Made by a program: the position numbers and the translations under genes. A DNA stretch of 64,000 nucleotides from the NCBI GenBank assembly GCA_964607285.1, contig CAZSJW010000004.1, forward strand, positions 7,063 through 71,062. The letters run 5' to 3'. Below are positions 1-10,054 of this stretch, one piece after another. The stretch is from an uncultured Pseudomonadales bacterium. GTDB lineage: Bacteria; Patescibacteriota; Microgenomatia; UBA1400; PJMF01. How positions within the stretch are numbered: position 1 is the first letter of the stretch; each line of letters begins with the position of its first letter. The notes beneath the pieces are model-generated. The model was not told the origin of the DNA, did no database searches, and saw nothing but the letters and a program-made list of their open reading frames with translations.

Positions 1-401
1 TAATCGCAGAACACCAGGGCAACAGAACTGAGCAAGAAACAGCGGTGCGAGCTCTCCTGCATAAACAGTTTAGACCTGAGTTCCTAAACCGCCTAGATGA
101 CGTCATCATCTTTCAGCCACTCACTGAAGAGCAACTAACAAAAATTGTATCTATTCAGCTGGAAGAAGTACGCCACCGCCTAGCTGCTAAACAAATCAGC
201 ATTGAGTTCACTGAGGCACTTGTCTCACACCTGGCAAAAGCGGGGTATGATCCAACCTTTGGTGCTAGACCTCTGAAACGACTCATCCAGACTGAAATTC
301 TTGATGAGCTGGCACTGCAGATCGTAGAAGGCAAAATTCCAGAAAACTCATCACTAAAACTTGATTACCTCAATAACACCCTCCAGATTGAAAAAAAGTA
401 G
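1..401 (+). CDS. clpB: ClpB/ClpC-type AAA+ chaperone, C-terminal end (5' truncated by the window)
   Basis: FRPEFLNRLD and GYDPTFGARPLKRLIQ motifs of the Clp D2-small domain; frame open from position 3. Confidence 0.85.
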   Translation, partial: IAEHQGNRTEQETAVRALLHKQFRPEFLNRLDDVIIFQPLTEEQLTKIVSIQLEEVRHRLAAKQISIEFTEALVSHLAKAGYDPTFGARPLKRLIQTEILDELALQIVEGKIPENSSLKLDYLNNTLQIEKK

Positions 402-460
402 CTACTGCCTGTACTATGCAAATGTGTTAGAATAGCACCCTCGCCAATCAGCGAAACTAA

Positions 461-534
461 GGGTGACTAGCTCAGGTGGTTAGAGCGCTATCCTGATAAG
501 ATAGAGGTCCATGGTTCGAGTCCATGGTCACCCA
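461..534 (+). tRNA. tRNA-Ile (GAT)
   Basis: Acceptor stem GGGTGAC/GTCACCC, D-arm AGCTCAGGTGGTTAGAGC, anticodon arm CTATC-CTGATAA-GATAG, T-loop GGTTCGAGTCC; CCA not encoded. Confidence 0.95.
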
Positions 535-535
535 C

Positions 536-644
536 AAAATTAATAAACTTCTCCTCTTTCGCGTGCTTCGCCAACGCTCTTTCGGAAAAGTTTATTAATT
601 TTTAGAATTTTGGGTGCTGCGCCAATGCTCTTTCGGAAAAGTTT
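536..644. repeat. 15-bp inverted repeat plus two imperfect 31-bp direct repeats downstream of tRNA-Ile
   Basis: AAAATTAATAAACTT (536-550) / AAGTTTATTAATTTT (588-602); GTGCTTCGCCAACGCTCTTTCGGAAAAGTTT (563-593) vs GTGCTGCGCCAATGCTCTTTCGGAAAAGTTT (614-644). Confidence 0.8.
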
Positions 645-753
645 TTAAATCTTTTATAGCCGTTTTGCATTTTGGTTGCGAAACAATTTATTGTCCTAAT
701 CTTTGTAATCTCCGCTTGTTTTTTAGCAGTCAATCGCTTAGAATGCTAACTGT

Positions 754-3438
754 ATGATTGATACACCTTTTGACCCAAACAAGCTCGATGATACTACTCC
801 TGAGTCCAAAAAAGAGCAAAACTCTGAAAGTACAAAGCCCGAGAGTACCTCTGAGGCACTACAGGGAACCGAACTTACCGAATCTTTTGAACAACTCAGA
901 GATATGTTGAAGGGTTTGACAAAACATTCTGAGAAGGCAGGCACATCCGTGAGTACACCTAAACTCCAGCCAACAACTCCAGCTTCTAGTGAAGCTGCTT
1001 CCTCAGAAACCACAGAACTACTTGATCCAGAAATTGCTCAAACCTTAGTGTTGCCCGCTATTCCTATACGAGAAGGAGTACTGTTTCCTAGTACGGAATC
1101 CGTTCTCACTTTTGGCAGGAAGCTATCACTTAATGCCATCAAAGACGCGTCTAACACTAAAAAACTAGTAGTTCTGGTCACACAACTTGACCCCAAGGTA
1201 GATAGTCCTGAGGGCAAGGACATGTACCGTATTGGAACCCTGGCATTGGTTGAAAAAACTCTCAAAACTGATGACAGTGTTAATGCACTGGTCCGTGGTT
1301 TAGGCAGAGTCCGCATCATCCGCTACGTAAGTACGTCTCCTAAACTGACTGTTGAAGCAGTCAAACTAGAAGAAGTAGACGCAACAGATGAAGAGACAAT
1401 AGCACTAGTTTCACACTTACAAAAAGAGTTCCGCAAAGCTGTCCACATGGGCAAAGCTGTGGAGTTCTTAAACTTTATGAAGCTCATGGGTGGAGTGACA
1501 AATGGTGAACTTGTCGATCAAATTGCTAGTACCCTCAGCATTACAACCAAACAAAAACAAGAAATTCTTGAAGAGCTCTCAGTTAAAGATCGGCTGACAC
1601 TAGTTGTGGATCACCTTGCCCGAGAAATGAAAGTGCTTGAAATTGAAAAAGATGTGGTCCACAAGACACAAGAAAAATTTGATAAACACATGCGAGAGAA
1701 CATTCTCCGCGAACGCATGCGCACAATCCAAAAAGAACTGGGAGACATCGAGGATGAAGAAGAAGTGGTGGAAGATTACGAGAAGAAACTAAAAAAACTA
1801 CATACTACTCCAGAAATTACCAAAAAGATAAAGCGCGAGATAAAACGCTTGCGCCAAATGTCTGTCAGCAATCCTGAAGCTGGCTACATCCGCACTTGGT
1901 TAGACACCGTGTTTGAACTTCCTTGGAACAAAGCAACTAAAGGCAATTTTGACTTAAAAAAAGCAGAGAAAGTTCTGGATAGAAATCACTATGGTCTTAA
2001 AGAAGTGAAAGATCGTATTCTTGAATATATTGCTGTTCTGCAGCTCAAACAAAAACAGTCCACAGAAGGCAAAGGCAGATTACCTACCATTATTTGTTTT
2101 GTAGGACCACCGGGTGTGGGAAAAACAAGTATTGGACGATCAATTGCAGAAAGCTTAGGTCGAAAATTTGTAAAAGTATCCCTGGGTGGCGTTCGTGATG
2201 AAGCTGAAATCCGTGGACACAGACGAACATATGTAGGCGCAATGCCAGGCCGCATTATCAATGGAATGAAGCAAGCCGAAAGCATGAATCCTGTTTTTAT
2301 GCTTGACGAAGTAGATAAACTTGGCAATGACTTCCGTGGCGATCCTTCAGCTGCTTTACTTGAGGCATTAGACCCTGAGCAAAATAACACATTCGAAGAT
2401 CATTACTTAGATATGCCATTTGATCTCTCCAATGTCATTTTTATAACCACCGCAAATACACTTGACACGATCCCACCAGCACTAAAAGATCGTCTGGAAA
2501 TTATTCGCTACTCTGGGTATACCCAAGAAGAGAAGTTTCACATTGTAAAACGACACTTGTTTAAAAAAGTGATGGACGTAAATGGAATCAGTGCGACTCA
2601 GTTCACTCTAACTGACAAGACCCTCGCAGTGATCATTGAACGCTATACAAGAGAAGCAGGAGTTCGCTCACTGGAAAGAACACTAAGCAAAATCATGAGA
2701 AAAGTTGCCCGAGAATTACTTAGTGCACAAACTGAACCTGATGTCATCTCTGATCTAAAAAAAATAACGGTAGACTCCAAAAAATTATTAGAGTACCTGG
2801 GACCAGAAATGTTTGATGCCACAGTTTCAGACGATGAAAATATTGTTGGGCAAGCTACAGGACTAGCCTGGACTTCTGTAGGTGGTGATATGCTGTTCAT
2901 TGAAGTAGCCCTAACCGCTGGGAAGGGTGGAGTAAAATTGACAGGTGCCTTGGGTGACGTGATGAAAGAGTCCGCTCAAGCAGCATTGACGTATGTCAAA
3001 GCAAATGCCACACGACTCGGAATCGATCCCGAAGAACTGCAAAAAACTGATGTACACATTCACGTTCCCGAAGGTGCAGTACCTAAAGACGGACCATCCG
3101 CTGGCGTGACACTCACAACAGCTATCGTGTCCGCTTTTACTAAGATCCCAGTGAGGCGCGATGTCGCAATGACTGGTGAAGTTACCTTACGTGGCAGAGT
3201 ACTGAGAATTGGCGGGCTAAAGGAGAAAAGTATTGCAGCACATCGAGGTGGCTGCACCACAATTCTCATACCCAAAGATAATGAAAGAGATCTTACTGAA
3301 ATTCCCAAAAGTGTCTCTGATGTCATTACGTTTAAACCGATGGCGCATGTTGATGAAGTACTCAACTTGGCACTAGTCAAGTCACCATTCATTTCTGCAA
3401 AACTAAAAGCTCCAGCTGCGAAAATTAAGCAGAAGTAA
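754..3438 (+). CDS. lon: ATP-dependent protease La (Lon)
   Basis: Lon N-domain, Walker A GPPGVGKT, RGHRRTYVGAMPG, catalytic PKDGPSAG and GGLKEK; low-complexity N-terminal extension of about 95 aa. Confidence 0.97.
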   Translation: MIDTPFDPNKLDDTTPESKKEQNSESTKPESTSEALQGTELTESFEQLRDMLKGLTKHSEKAGTSVSTPKLQPTTPASSEAASSETTELLDPEIAQTLVLPAIPIREGVLFPSTESVLTFGRKLSLNAIKDASNTKKLVVLVTQLDPKVDSPEGKDMYRIGTLALVEKTLKTDDSVNALVRGLGRVRIIRYVSTSPKLTVEAVKLEEVDATDEETIALVSHLQKEFRKAVHMGKAVEFLNFMKLMGGVTNGELVDQIASTLSITTKQKQEILEELSVKDRLTLVVDHLAREMKVLEIEKDVVHKTQEKFDKHMRENILRERMRTIQKELGDIEDEEEVVEDYEKKLKKLHTTPEITKKIKREIKRLRQMSVSNPEAGYIRTWLDTVFELPWNKATKGNFDLKKAEKVLDRNHYGLKEVKDRILEYIAVLQLKQKQSTEGKGRLPTIICFVGPPGVGKTSIGRSIAESLGRKFVKVSLGGVRDEAEIRGHRRTYVGAMPGRIINGMKQAESMNPVFMLDEVDKLGNDFRGDPSAALLEALDPEQNNTFEDHYLDMPFDLSNVIFITTANTLDTIPPALKDRLEIIRYSGYTQEEKFHIVKRHLFKKVMDVNGISATQFTLTDKTLAVIIERYTREAGVRSLERTLSKIMRKVARELLSAQTEPDVISDLKKITVDSKKLLEYLGPEMFDATVSDDENIVGQATGLAWTSVGGDMLFIEVALTAGKGGVKLTGALGDVMKESAQAALTYVKANATRLGIDPEELQKTDVHIHVPEGAVPKDGPSAGVTLTTAIVSAFTKIPVRRDVAMTGEVTLRGRVLRIGGLKEKSIAAHRGGCTTILIPKDNERDLTEIPKSVSDVITFKPMAHVDEVLNLALVKSPFISAKLKAPAAKIKQK

Positions 3439-3459
3439 GTGGTACACTATCGGTAAGGA

Positions 3460-4383
3460 ATGTGTATGAAAGTGAAATGGATTGTCGCGGTATTGCTGAT
3501 CTTGATCCTCACCGTTGTTGGAACTTTACTTGCAAATCGATTTTTAGAAAAGAAAAATAGAGCTGGTTTGCAAGTCATTACACCAGACGTACCTAGTACT
3601 GTGTTTATTAACGGCCAGTACTTAGATAAGACACCCTTAGTTGAAAAAACACTTAAACCTGGAAACTATACACTTCGTATCGTCCCAGATGACGCTTCAC
3701 TTGTTGGTTACGATACAACAATTCACCTCAGATCAGGCGTTCTCTCTGTAGTTACTTGGAAAACTGCAAGTAGCCCTGAGCATAGTGGGGGAGTCATCAT
3801 CGAGATGGAGCCGTTGCCGTCTGGCAAAGAGTCTGAAGTTTCTATTATCTCCATTCCAGATTCGGCAATCGTCAGTTTAGATGGTGGTGGAAAGGAGTTT
3901 GCACCAATAAAAATTGCAAATGTAGCTCCTGGACCACATGAGTTTGAAGCCACATTACCCTCGTATGAAACACAGCGACACACAATTGATGCTGTTCCTG
4001 GGTACAGACTGTTAGTCACTGTAAAGCTAGCTAAACTTCTAGAGACAGGTACGGAGGAGAAAACTGCTACAGCAGCAGCGATATCACCAACATTGTCTGC
4101 AACACAGAGTGCTACGGTTGCTACTCAAAGCGCCCGTGCTCACTCTGCCACCACCTCTGCTCAAACAACTAAACAAGTCAAAATACTGCCGACCAATTTT
4201 TTCCAAGATGGTAAAGAAGTATTGCGAGTTAGAAACAATCCTGGCACGCTAGGCTCTGAAGTCGGCTTTGTAGAAGTGGGCAAACTCTACCCATACTTGG
4301 AAAGTACTGCAAGTGGGTGGATTAAGCTGCACTTTGAAAGCATAGAAGGTTGGGTTAGTGGAGAATATACGCAGTTACAATAA
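3460..4383 (+). CDS. Membrane-anchored PEGA-domain protein with C-terminal SH3-like domain
   Basis: N-terminal TM helix, VFINGQYLDKTPL PEGA-like repeats, Thr/Ala linker, LRVR...GWIKL...EGWVSGEY SH3b-like end. Confidence 0.7.
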   Translation: MCMKVKWIVAVLLILILTVVGTLLANRFLEKKNRAGLQVITPDVPSTVFINGQYLDKTPLVEKTLKPGNYTLRIVPDDASLVGYDTTIHLRSGVLSVVTWKTASSPEHSGGVIIEMEPLPSGKESEVSIISIPDSAIVSLDGGGKEFAPIKIANVAPGPHEFEATLPSYETQRHTIDAVPGYRLLVTVKLAKLLETGTEEKTATAAAISPTLSATQSATVATQSARAHSATTSAQTTKQVKILPTNFFQDGKEVLRVRNNPGTLGSEVGFVEVGKLYPYLESTASGWIKLHFESIEGWVSGEYTQLQ

Positions 4384-4438
4384 TATTCAGGTATTCTCGC
4401 TTGCAACTTGATCAAAAAATCGTCATGATAACTGACGT

Positions 4439-6178
4439 ATGTCTTTTCGTTTTTTCAGCTCAAAATCACCAACACTTACACTATTTTTTCGACATCTTTG
4501 CTCATTTTGGCACCTGTACCTTTTCTTTCTATTCTGGATAAGTTATTTCGCAGTTTTTTGGTCCAACGCAATTTGGCTTGATGAAGTTGGCAACCTAATT
4601 GTGGGGCACATCAATATGTGGGGAGACTGGGCTGTTCACTTTACCATGGGTTCAAGCATGGCATATAAACAATTACTTCCCAGTAGCAGTCCTTTACTGC
4701 TTGGGGAGTCGTTCACCTACCCATTTGGTGCAAACTTCATTTCTGCAGTACTAATCAGACTGGGAATGCCATTCTTCACCGCCTTTCTATTTCCCAGTTT
4801 CCTTGGATCGTTAGCAATTGTCTTTCTGCTGTATGTACTATATTTACAAGTATTTCGCTCATCGGCTACTGCGGTCATAGCCGCTACACTCTTCTTACTG
4901 AATGGAGGTTTAGGTTTTACTAATTTCATTCGAGATGTTTCAAACGCACCAGAACCAATGCAGGTATTACTGCATCCCGAAAAAACCTATTCTGGAGACG
5001 CTGAAAAAAATATTCGCTGGGTGTCCGTGATTGAAACAATGATCATTCCACAGCGTGCATTTGCCATTGGTTTTCCAATTGCCTTGAGTGTATTGGTAGG
5101 ATTTTTCCCACTATTTTTAGAGAGGAAAAAAAGCACAAACCTTCTGAATTCCAAGCAAAAATGGCTTTGGATAGGTCTAATAGTCAGTAGTCTTGGTATA
5201 TTACCTATATTTCATGCCCACTCATTTCTTTCTGTTGTAGTAGTTCTGTTTTTTTGGGGTATCTCTGCAATTGCGCAATCAACACACAAGTCACTGACAA
5301 TTCGCGGGCTTGTCATTACTGCAGTCATGTCCGCAGTGCTTGCCACTCCACTGCTTTTTGCATTTGTTCTTGGCAACTCAACAACAAGTTTTCAAGAGTG
5401 GTTTCCAGGCTGGTATGCCAAGGAGACAGGTGAAAATTTGTTGGCATTCTGGATAAAAAACTGGAGCATCACCCCTATATTGGCAATCAGTGGGTATTTT
5501 TTCACAGTTCGTACTGAAAAAAAACACAAACTATCAATTATTTTGCTTTTCGCTCCTTTTTTCTTGCTTTTCATCCTGGCGAACCTAATCAAACTACAAC
5601 CATTTCTTTGGGACAATACGAAAATAATCGCATGGAGCTCAGTAGGTTTTTCGGGTTTGGCTGCTTATGCATTAGTCCAACTGTATCAAAAAATTTCAGA
5701 CCGAGTAGGCAAGAGGGTTGCCACAACAGTAGTTGCACTACTTTTCCTTTCAATGACGCTAACTGCAGGTATAGACACCTACCGAATACTCCGCGTTTCT
5801 GACCACTCGTACCAAATGTACTCTGCTGATGACTTACTGTTAGCTAATTGGGTACACCAGAATACCGATCCTCAATCAGTGTGGCTAACCGCCGATAATC
5901 ATAACAACTGGCTGTACAACCTGACAGGAAGACAGCCAATCATGGCATATCGTGGTTGGTTGTGGACACATGGTTATTCTTACGAACGGCATGAGCTGTT
6001 GGTAAAAAATCTGTATGCACACCCAGAAAAAACTGCAGATTTTTCTGCTGCAGGCATTCAGTATGTTGTAGTTGGACCCGCGGAAGAATATGACTGGAAG
6101 GCAAGTTCAGCATTGTTCAGTCAGTATTTTGAACCTGTTTTTCGATCTGAACAAACAACTATATTTAAAGTGCCATGA
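4439..6178 (+). CDS. Polytopic membrane protein, putative GT-C glycosyltransferase
   Basis: Many TM segments, WGDWAVH and YPFGANF loop motifs, C-terminal soluble LTGRQPIMAYRGWLWTHG domain. Confidence 0.6.
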   Translation: MSFRFFSSKSPTLTLFFRHLCSFWHLYLFFLFWISYFAVFWSNAIWLDEVGNLIVGHINMWGDWAVHFTMGSSMAYKQLLPSSSPLLLGESFTYPFGANFISAVLIRLGMPFFTAFLFPSFLGSLAIVFLLYVLYLQVFRSSATAVIAATLFLLNGGLGFTNFIRDVSNAPEPMQVLLHPEKTYSGDAEKNIRWVSVIETMIIPQRAFAIGFPIALSVLVGFFPLFLERKKSTNLLNSKQKWLWIGLIVSSLGILPIFHAHSFLSVVVVLFFWGISAIAQSTHKSLTIRGLVITAVMSAVLATPLLFAFVLGNSTTSFQEWFPGWYAKETGENLLAFWIKNWSITPILAISGYFFTVRTEKKHKLSIILLFAPFFLLFILANLIKLQPFLWDNTKIIAWSSVGFSGLAAYALVQLYQKISDRVGKRVATTVVALLFLSMTLTAGIDTYRILRVSDHSYQMYSADDLLLANWVHQNTDPQSVWLTADNHNNWLYNLTGRQPIMAYRGWLWTHGYSYERHELLVKNLYAHPEKTADFSAAGIQYVVVGPAEEYDWKASSALFSQYFEPVFRSEQTTIFKVP

Positions 6179-7866
6179 AAAATACTGGCTTCATACTCAG
6201 CGCAATTAGTGTACTTGCAGTTGCATTTCTCCTAAGATCCATCGCCCTCACTAGTATTCCATACGGTTTGAGTTGGGACGAGGCTGCGTATGCAGCAAAT
6301 GCCCATTCACTTCTGATGTCTGGTGCTGATGAGTGGGGAGTTTCATTTCCTGTGTTTCTCAAATCCTTTGGTGAGTACAAACCAGCTGGGCTTTCATACC
6401 TCATTGCCAGTTTTCTGCTGATATTTAGAAACCCCGAACTGGCTACTAGACTCTCCGCTGTTTTTTTAGGAATTGTCAGCATTGTAGGCAGCATGATCAT
6501 CACTCGTGTTGTGTCGAGATCTTCAGTACTAGCCATAATTGTAGGGGCACTTCTGGCCACATCACCGTGGCACATTCACTACAGTAAAACAGCTACAGAT
6601 CCCATTGTAGGCCTAGCGTTGCTTTGTCTTGGTTTATCAGCATGGCTGAAGCCAAACAAATGGTTGCAGATTGGGGGAGCAATTTTGTTAGCTTTAAGTA
6701 TGTATGCGTACAATGCTGAACGGGTTTTTGTGCCTATATTTCTCTTACTCTGGGGTATCTACGAAGTTTCGCACAGCAAGAAGCTCACAGGTTCTAAAAT
6801 AGCAAGTTATGCAGTCGTGTACACAGCAAGTATGGGACTCATACTTGCCACTATCCTCACTCCAATTGGCACTAGAGCAAAAGAGACATCTCTATGGCAC
6901 AGCTCGATTATCAAACAACCCCTTGCAGATAGAACTGCTGTTTCCGCTAAGTCAAACATGCAGCTGTACTGGATCATAAATAACAAGTTCGTTGAGTTTA
7001 GTCGTGCTGCAGGTGAAAGATATGTAGCGCAACTAAGGCCAGATTTCTTATTTTTTTCTCAGCAAGGTTTCTTTGCTGACTTAGGTTTTTCTCGTCACGG
7101 CAACATGCTGTTTGTCACCTTGCCATTTTTTGCGATTGGCCTGTTTTTTTCAATACGCGCAATGCATAAATCAGGTGTCTTTTTTTTACTCTGGCTGCTA
7201 GTCAGCCCATTACCTGCAGCACTTACTATTGATGGACCACATACTGGTAGATCATTAGCACTTGTTGTGCCACTTTGTTACTTTTCAGCATACGGTATTA
7301 CTGTATGTGTACAAGCACTACAGGCTGCTGCAACTGCACAACGAATTGCAATGGTTGGGATAGCTACTGCACTCGTATTTTCCGCAGGTCTTTGGTTTCA
7401 AGACTACTTACTGTTTGGTCCCAAAGAACTGAACCGAGAGTACCAAGGATACAGTCCTGAGCTCAGCCGCACTTTATCTGATGCTCGGAGTACATACAAA
7501 CAGGTGTTTGTGAGTGGAAGTGAGCGTGGCAGACATCAATTGCTGTATATGTTGTTATATGAAAAATTGGATCCGAAACCACTGCAATCTGAAATTAACC
7601 ACGAGTCAATCCATACAGTGTATGAAAACATTTCCCTGACACAGTCGCACTCTGATCTAGCCTGCGCTTTGCTGCAACCAAACTCATTGGTTATCATGCT
7701 ACCTAATGAGTATGCAGAGCTTGGGATATCAGTGCCACAAGCTACAGTGCTTGTTTCTCCCGAAAACAACTTGCCACAATATGTGAAAATGGAAAGCTCG
7801 CAAGTTACCACAGTAAGCCAACAGATACTGAAAAAAACCTGCCAGAGTGTAAGTACTTACAACTGA
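6175..7866 (+). CDS. ArnT/PMT-like (GT39/GT83) glycosyltransferase
   Basis: PYGLSWDEAAYAANA...GADEWG...FGEYKP loop; SPWHIHYS; multiple TMs. Confidence 0.75.
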   Translation: MKNTGFILSAISVLAVAFLLRSIALTSIPYGLSWDEAAYAANAHSLLMSGADEWGVSFPVFLKSFGEYKPAGLSYLIASFLLIFRNPELATRLSAVFLGIVSIVGSMIITRVVSRSSVLAIIVGALLATSPWHIHYSKTATDPIVGLALLCLGLSAWLKPNKWLQIGGAILLALSMYAYNAERVFVPIFLLLWGIYEVSHSKKLTGSKIASYAVVYTASMGLILATILTPIGTRAKETSLWHSSIIKQPLADRTAVSAKSNMQLYWIINNKFVEFSRAAGERYVAQLRPDFLFFSQQGFFADLGFSRHGNMLFVTLPFFAIGLFFSIRAMHKSGVFFLLWLLVSPLPAALTIDGPHTGRSLALVVPLCYFSAYGITVCVQALQAAATAQRIAMVGIATALVFSAGLWFQDYLLFGPKELNREYQGYSPELSRTLSDARSTYKQVFVSGSERGRHQLLYMLLYEKLDPKPLQSEINHESIHTVYENISLTQSHSDLACALLQPNSLVIMLPNEYAELGISVPQATVLVSPENNLPQYVKMESSQVTTVSQQILKKTCQSVSTYN

Positions 7867-9254
7867 TTCCAATACGATCCATCACTCCAATAGAGTGAGC
7901 TATCCATAGTTGCTATAACCAGCAAGTTACAGATAGCTACAACACAAACCAGTCCGACTACCACTGCTCGTGGCCACTTACGAGCTAAGAGTAGCGAAGA
8001 AAACACTCCCGCCATCACTAAAGCAATCAAGAGTTTTGGGAAAAGGTATTCAGTAGGAACAGTACCAGAAAAACCATAGTACGCCAAACGAACTACAGGT
8101 ATAGCAAGAACTATTAGTGGTAGGCACATTGCAGTGGACAGAAGCTTTTGTAACCCTGCCTCTACTGCGCGTGTTATGCCTAACACAAAAATCGGTAGCA
8201 GTGGATACCAGTACCATCCATACAATGAGCCTCCACGGGTGCCGTGCAGCTCATTAAGTGTAGTCTCGCCAGCTGCGTAGAAAATAAATGCACAAAAAAA
8301 AGCAACGATCAACGACATTCCCTGCCATACAATTGGTTCTTTAGTTCGCCAAAACTGCGAAAAGATACTGAGTACACCCGTCAAAAACAAACCATCAAAG
8401 AAGACGCTATTAACTAATTCTGGCCTAAATAGTAGTCCCATGAAGCTTGAAAGTAGTCCTGGGTACCTCCAACTCTGTTGCTGTGCTTGAATGTGTAAAA
8501 ACAATGCGAAGTCATACTGCATGGCATACAGCAGTATTCCACAAAAGCCAAGCACTAGACCAGCAAACATATATATGCTCCGCCTACGCTGTCCCAGTAA
8601 CCATGCAATCACGAGTAAACTGAACCCAAGCACAATCCCTGAAGCTTTGGTAAAAACTATGGCCATACTCAATAAGCCAAGCACAACGCCATCGTACCGA
8701 TGCTTCTTTGCCCGCACTACCCACCATACCAAGAGCAAGAGGAACGTTGTAAGCAGTTGTTCAGCCACAATAACTCGTCCAGAAAAAACCACCATAGGAG
8801 ATGTTGCATACAAAGTAAACCCAATTAGCTGTAGTAACTTGTCCTTAAAAAGAACTCTCAACACCAGAGCAAAAATTACCAGGTTAAGACAAGAAAGCAA
8901 CACAACAGGAAAGCGAAGTGTTCCAACAGGCAGGACGTCTGCCCAATCTCGGCCAGACAATACTTGCATCGAACCAGGAATAAAACCAAAGAGCGGAGGG
9001 TGATCAAGATAGGGTCGAACAATTGGCAGTTCGTTCCCATGTATTTGTTGCAAAACTTTTTGTGGATACTCAAAGTATGACCAAGAGCTGGGTACACCCG
9101 TTTGCAGTAAGCTTGCTCCTACCATAGTCCAAGCTAATTCATCCGCTGATTCACCAACAGGCGGGAACACCCCATATTGCCAGAAACGTAGTCCGCAACC
9201 TATCACAAACACCGCGGAAAACAAACATAAGTACAATCGCCAACCGTGCTGCAT
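7857..9254 (-). CDS. ArnT-like GT-C glycosyltransferase
   Basis: ADELAW and PYLDHPPLFG motifs after TM1; polytopic. Confidence 0.7.
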   Translation of the reverse strand: MQHGWRLYLCLFSAVFVIGCGLRFWQYGVFPPVGESADELAWTMVGASLLQTGVPSSWSYFEYPQKVLQQIHGNELPIVRPYLDHPPLFGFIPGSMQVLSGRDWADVLPVGTLRFPVVLLSCLNLVIFALVLRVLFKDKLLQLIGFTLYATSPMVVFSGRVIVAEQLLTTFLLLLVWWVVRAKKHRYDGVVLGLLSMAIVFTKASGIVLGFSLLVIAWLLGQRRRSIYMFAGLVLGFCGILLYAMQYDFALFLHIQAQQQSWRYPGLLSSFMGLLFRPELVNSVFFDGLFLTGVLSIFSQFWRTKEPIVWQGMSLIVAFFCAFIFYAAGETTLNELHGTRGGSLYGWYWYPLLPIFVLGITRAVEAGLQKLLSTAMCLPLIVLAIPVVRLAYYGFSGTVPTEYLFPKLLIALVMAGVFSSLLLARKWPRAVVVGLVCVVAICNLLVIATMDSSLYWSDGSYWNQL

Positions 9255-9260
9255 ATGTTG

Positions 9261-9953
9261 CTATGAGTGAATATTGGTAAGCAAATCCATGAAACTTTCG
9301 ATACTTAAACTTGCGCCACCCACCAATGCTCCATCTGATACTAGTAAGTACTCGGCTATATTCTCAGCAGTTACACTGCCTCCATACAGTACAGGAATAT
9401 CTCCGAATGTTTGGCGAATAAGCTTTATCACCTGCTTCACAGCGTCCACAGGTGCATTGTTACCTGTGCCGATCGCAGAAAGGGGTTCATAGGCAACAAC
9501 GCATTTCTGTAGGAGATCGGGAGCGATTGCTGCAGCTTGCGCGGCCATATACTCACTATCAACACAAACAACAGGGGTGATGCCAGCATCGAGAGCCTGA
9601 GTAACCTTAGCAGCAACATCTGCATGCGTCTCATGGAAATAGCGTCTTCGTTCTGAATGACCAACTAGCGCGTAGCGCACAGGTAAGCCCGTTAGATTTG
9701 CTACACTGACTGCTCCTGTATAACTCCCTGCAGGAAATTGACTAATATCCTGAACTGCAAGAGAACAGTTTTTTATCCCAGCGATTCTGTCTGCTACTGT
9801 TGCTACCATTGAAAGCGGCGGGGCTATCACTGCTTCTATATTCTCTGAAAGTGGGTGAGTCTGGATCATTTCTTTGAAGTCATCTACCCAGTCAGTAGCC
9901 TGATCAATTGATTTATTTGATTTCCAGTTGGCAACAATTCTGATCTTGTGCAT
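9261..9953 (-). CDS. tpiA: Triosephosphate isomerase
   Basis: ANWK, VGHSERR, AYEPLSAIGTG, LYGGSV, GALVGGASL motifs. Confidence 0.96.
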   Translation of the reverse strand: MHKIRIVANWKSNKSIDQATDWVDDFKEMIQTHPLSENIEAVIAPPLSMVATVADRIAGIKNCSLAVQDISQFPAGSYTGAVSVANLTGLPVRYALVGHSERRRYFHETHADVAAKVTQALDAGITPVVCVDSEYMAAQAAAIAPDLLQKCVVAYEPLSAIGTGNNAPVDAVKQVIKLIRQTFGDIPVLYGGSVTAENIAEYLLVSDGALVGGASLSIESFMDLLTNIHS

Positions 9954-10054
9954 AGTACTGCCACTATACCATTTTTACTCAAGCTGCACAGAAGTGGTTT
10001 GACCTGTCATATCCTGACTTAGTAATACACACACTCTGTGATAAGATTGATGAC

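Noticed and set aside
563-644. Possible mini-CRISPR array
   Set aside because: Only two imperfect repeats, a 20-nt spacer and no cas genes in the window.
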